Origin: Acanthaster planci
Taxonomy: Eukaryota
Direction: 5' to 3'
DNA length: 64,000 nucleotides
Assembly (NCBI RefSeq): GCF_001949145.1
Contig: NW_019091356.1
Location: 4,632,934-4,696,933, forward strand
A program made the translations under genes and the position numbers. Shown here piece by piece: positions 60,762-64,000 of the stretch. The notes under the pieces were generated by a model. The model was not told the DNA's origin. It ran no database searches and worked only from the letters and a program-made list of their open reading frames with translations. How positions within the stretch are numbered: position 1 is the stretch's first letter; each line of letters opens with the position of its first letter.

Positions 60762-61315
60762 GATGTGGGATCTCCAGTACCCACCAGAAGCGACTGCAAC
60801 AGGAGTAATATACTTTGTTGTCAAGGATGTCAAATTAAACACGTTGAAAGTACGATATACAGGGCACAGTACCAATAGCTATGTTGAGAGAGAACAGGCT
60901 TCAGCGTTAAAATCAATATTGTTTGTTACATGTAATTTGTTAGTCTGGTCAACGTAATTAGCATTAAATCAGCAGAATCGGTGAAACGCTGTCTAGAAGA
61001 GGAGTGCAAATTCTGTTCGATTACAGTTACTGTAATCCAGTTTAGTAAAATGTTGGTTGTTACAAAATGCAAGCTACTATTGATAACATTTCTTTGCAAT
61101 ATTTCATGACATGACTCCCGTAATTTGTATTTCTTGACACTGATAATTGTTCTTTAATATAACATTCATGGCCAATGGCTGACATTCGTAGAGATGGTTT
61201 ACTATGCCCTGTGTGATATCAATAGCACCACTTTCATGACAAGGGTTGTAGTCATCTAGAATCTCGTCTGGGGACGCCTTTAAGGAATTTTAAATCAATG
61301 CCTAACGTAGTCTTG

Positions 61316-61503
61316 CACTGGCGTAGCTAGGATTTTACTAGTGGGGCATCAACATCTTATGGGGGGGGGCACCAACTTTCAGTGGTGTGGTTTTTGGGGC
61401 GAGTTTCTGTAAGCCTTTTTTGTAGCGGGGAAAGGCACCTGGGAGGGAGCACTGGGAATTTGTGGGGGGAGTGCCCCCAGGCCCTCCCTTGGCTACGCCG
61501 CTG
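61316..61503. mobile_element. hAT-like MITE
   Basis: Terminal inverted repeats cactggcgtagc ... gctacgccgctg with a perfect 8-bp target-site duplication tagtcttg (61308-61315 and 61504-61511). Confidence 0.85.
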
Positions 61504-62265
61504 TAGTCTTGTCGTTGAGCCACACTTAAAACACTAAACAAATGCAGGCTATTGCCAGATTTTTTCGAGGAGGCACGCGGGAGTTCAAGCCCCGAATAAG
61601 GGAGCGTATCCTCACCCTGCCCCTATTTAGTTATGCCAGTGTCACGAACACAAGTAGCATGACTGATTATTTGCTTAATATTTATAAATTATGCAGCAAT
61701 GGAAGACAGTCCTCAAATTGACATTCCTTTAAAGTGGACCACGCTTGTTTTGTTTGTCAACACCTGTCGTGGCAGTAGCTGGTGGCGTCAGGGATACATC
61801 AAGTGCCAAAGGCTTTAATGGTAAGGATAATCTAAAATTTTTATCTTTACTTGATCTTCGTTCTTTCTCTGGAATCACCTTCCTTTAAAACTGTCCATCA
61901 AAAATTTTGATGGTAGGCCTATAATCTAAGAAAATGTAGACTTAATTATCAATAGTCACAGGCAATGTGAGTAATGTGGTATTTACAGCGGTTATAACGC
62001 TCTCAGGCGGTAGAAGGGTATTTTTGTTTGTCGAATAAAGAAAACGTGAACGTGATAGGTTTGTTACATGTTATTGATCTTGACAACTCTATTAACGGAT
62101 ACTACTTCAAACGTCGTTCTTTACGGATCATTCTGCAGATGTTGATGGTACAATTTCAATCGCGCGTAGAACTTCACTGAATGTAGGGTTGTTGTGACTT
62201 AGCCGAGACCAAGTTTTAATAGACCAGGACGTCATACTTGGGTAAAATTCGTGTTTAAGAGGCAG

Positions 62266-63925
62266 TCACTTGTTTTCAGGTCGACAACATGAGATTACAC
62301 ATTGTGTGAAAGCTACCAAGGTCGATGTAATTACTGCCATGCCTCCAATTGTCACAAAGACAGGCTCGTATGCCCCTGTGAGGTCATGAATCCATCCTGT
62401 ATGGAAACAAAAATAACAGATCGTGGGAAAAATGATGTGACTTAAATTTGTAGTTATACAACGCACATATCAAGCACAAGTGCTGCATTATCACCCCCGT
62501 GCATCTCATCAGGCCCATCAATATATTTCTCTCCTCCCTTGGGAGTGGAGATGAATCTGTTGACCGTGGTAACGCTATCACATGGTCAGTAGCAGGGGCC
62601 CCGTCAATGGCGGTAAGTGTTGCGATTACTTTTGCACTTATAGCCACTTTTCTGCCATTGTAAAAGACCATTGGTAACTTTCAAGAAAACGCTGGATTTG
62701 TATAATACTAATATTTAACACAACATCTATTCCTGTTCTCGGGGTATACCCAGCATGAGATGTGGCAAAGGGGAACTTCTCCCCTACGTGATGCATAAGT
62801 TAGATTATTGTACCTACTGCCAAGTACTCTTTGCCACATATCGTACTTCATGGGATTGATCCAGGATACAGAGAAGTGAAAAAGGTTATTACTAAAGACA
62901 AGTTATGAAGGCGTCGGCGTGTGATCGATGTAACGTACCACAACGAGTAGTAGAGGACCACTTGCTTCAAACTACCAGTTGTTTTGAAAGATTTTCAAAA
63001 CCATTTATGCCTGCATGTCCCGGATTTAGTCTGCATGGAAACTATTTAGCAAAATCCTAGAACTAGGATAGCTACCTACCAGCGAGCACTCCCCCAGCGA
63101 GTTCGCCAGCAGACAAAGATACGAATAACCAACTAAAAGCTGAAAGGTGCTGGTCCCCGGTAACTTCACGCACAAGCACGAACATCATCGGGTACAAGAT
63201 TCCCATAGCAAACCCAGCTATTGTGCACAGAAATGCTAGGGCGAAATAGGATTGCACTACTAGCGGGTTGGTGAGGGTAGACGCCGCGAACACCAGGCTC
63301 GATATCACAAAAAGAGTCGAAGATTTGATTAGACCGTAGTCAACCAAAGGGCCATGAACGGAACGTCCCACAAGGGAGCCAATGCCCCCGAATGTTGCAA
63401 GAACCGCGGAGGGCACTTCGCCAAATCCAAGCTCTATGCCTTGAGGAATTACAAATAAGTGCCAACTGCTAAAGAGGGCGCCACACAAGATAGTCACAAG
63501 CTGATAAACGAGGAACATATCTTGGGTGAGTATATTTGTGTCGAATCGTTCATGCACAATATTCAACATTTTCTTTGTCAGACTACCTCCACATTTAACA
63601 TCTCGTTTGCCTTCTTCCTTTGAAGTTATTGACGTGTTATCTGTGTCAGTTTGATTCGGCAGCACACTATAGAATGTCGGACACGACACTCTTCGTGGTC
63701 GAAACAGAGCACCACATACAGTATAGTTGAAAGAAAATGCCCCCAACAGGCAGAGAGCTGCCCTCCATCCGTAAACTGACACAATATATTCCGTTACTGG
63801 TGGGAGTATCATCATTCCAAGAGGCCCTCCGGAAAGGGAAACGCCGTTTGCTGCAGCAAAGTTGTCTGGAAAATAGTCCATAACGGCTTTAGCAGAGGCC
63901 AACTGCGTTGCAGCCTGCCCAATAC
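62266..63925 (-). CDS. SLC16A: Monocarboxylate transporter family (SLC16/MFS), last two exons; 5' part lies beyond the window
   Basis: Exon 63925-63080 (YFPDNFAAANGVSLSG...YGWRAALCLLG...CGALFRP...GIGSLVGR) and exon 62396-62266 (GWIHDLTGAYEPVF...stop), joined in phase 1. Confidence 0.88.
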
Positions 63926-64000
63926 CTGTTATTAAAAGGAAGAAAGTTTTCCTTTGTAGTTTCAATAAACATTAACTGAGACTAAATCTGAGGAACTTTT

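Noticed and set aside
61570..61600. tRNA or SINE head (gggagttcaagcccc)
   Set aside because: Only a T-arm/B-box-like fragment; no cloverleaf or A-box.

Overview
Intron-rich animal genomic DNA, not prokaryotic. It looks like an invertebrate deuterostome such as an echinoderm, but that is only an impression from gene structure and repeat types. I assembled spliced models by hand, checking GT-AG boundaries and intron phase. Left to right: (1) the 5' end of an unidentified minus-strand gene with an RFX X-box; (2) a secreted 680-aa protein with a furin-type site, an RGD-bearing LDLa-like module, 3 CUB domains and an acidic/Thr-rich tail; (3) a bacterial/plant-type proline iminopeptidase with 6 introns; (4) an enlarged BBS12, head-to-head with (5) TTC19; (6) lysyl-tRNA synthetase (KARS) with an alternative mitochondrial-presequence exon; (7) an SLC14 urea transporter lacking both filter threonines; (8) orphan TRPC-type ankyrin exons; (9) a PITP with an apparent signal peptide, followed by a truncated duplicate of its 3' end; (10) the 3' part of an SLC16/MCT transporter. 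Several MITE-like elements, a ~350-bp foldback and a palindromic 29-bp tandem repeat are also present. The most novel-looking candidates are the putatively secreted PITP, the adjacent TRPC-ankyrin exons and the altered urea-transporter filter. Family calls rest on motif recognition from memory; no searches were run.
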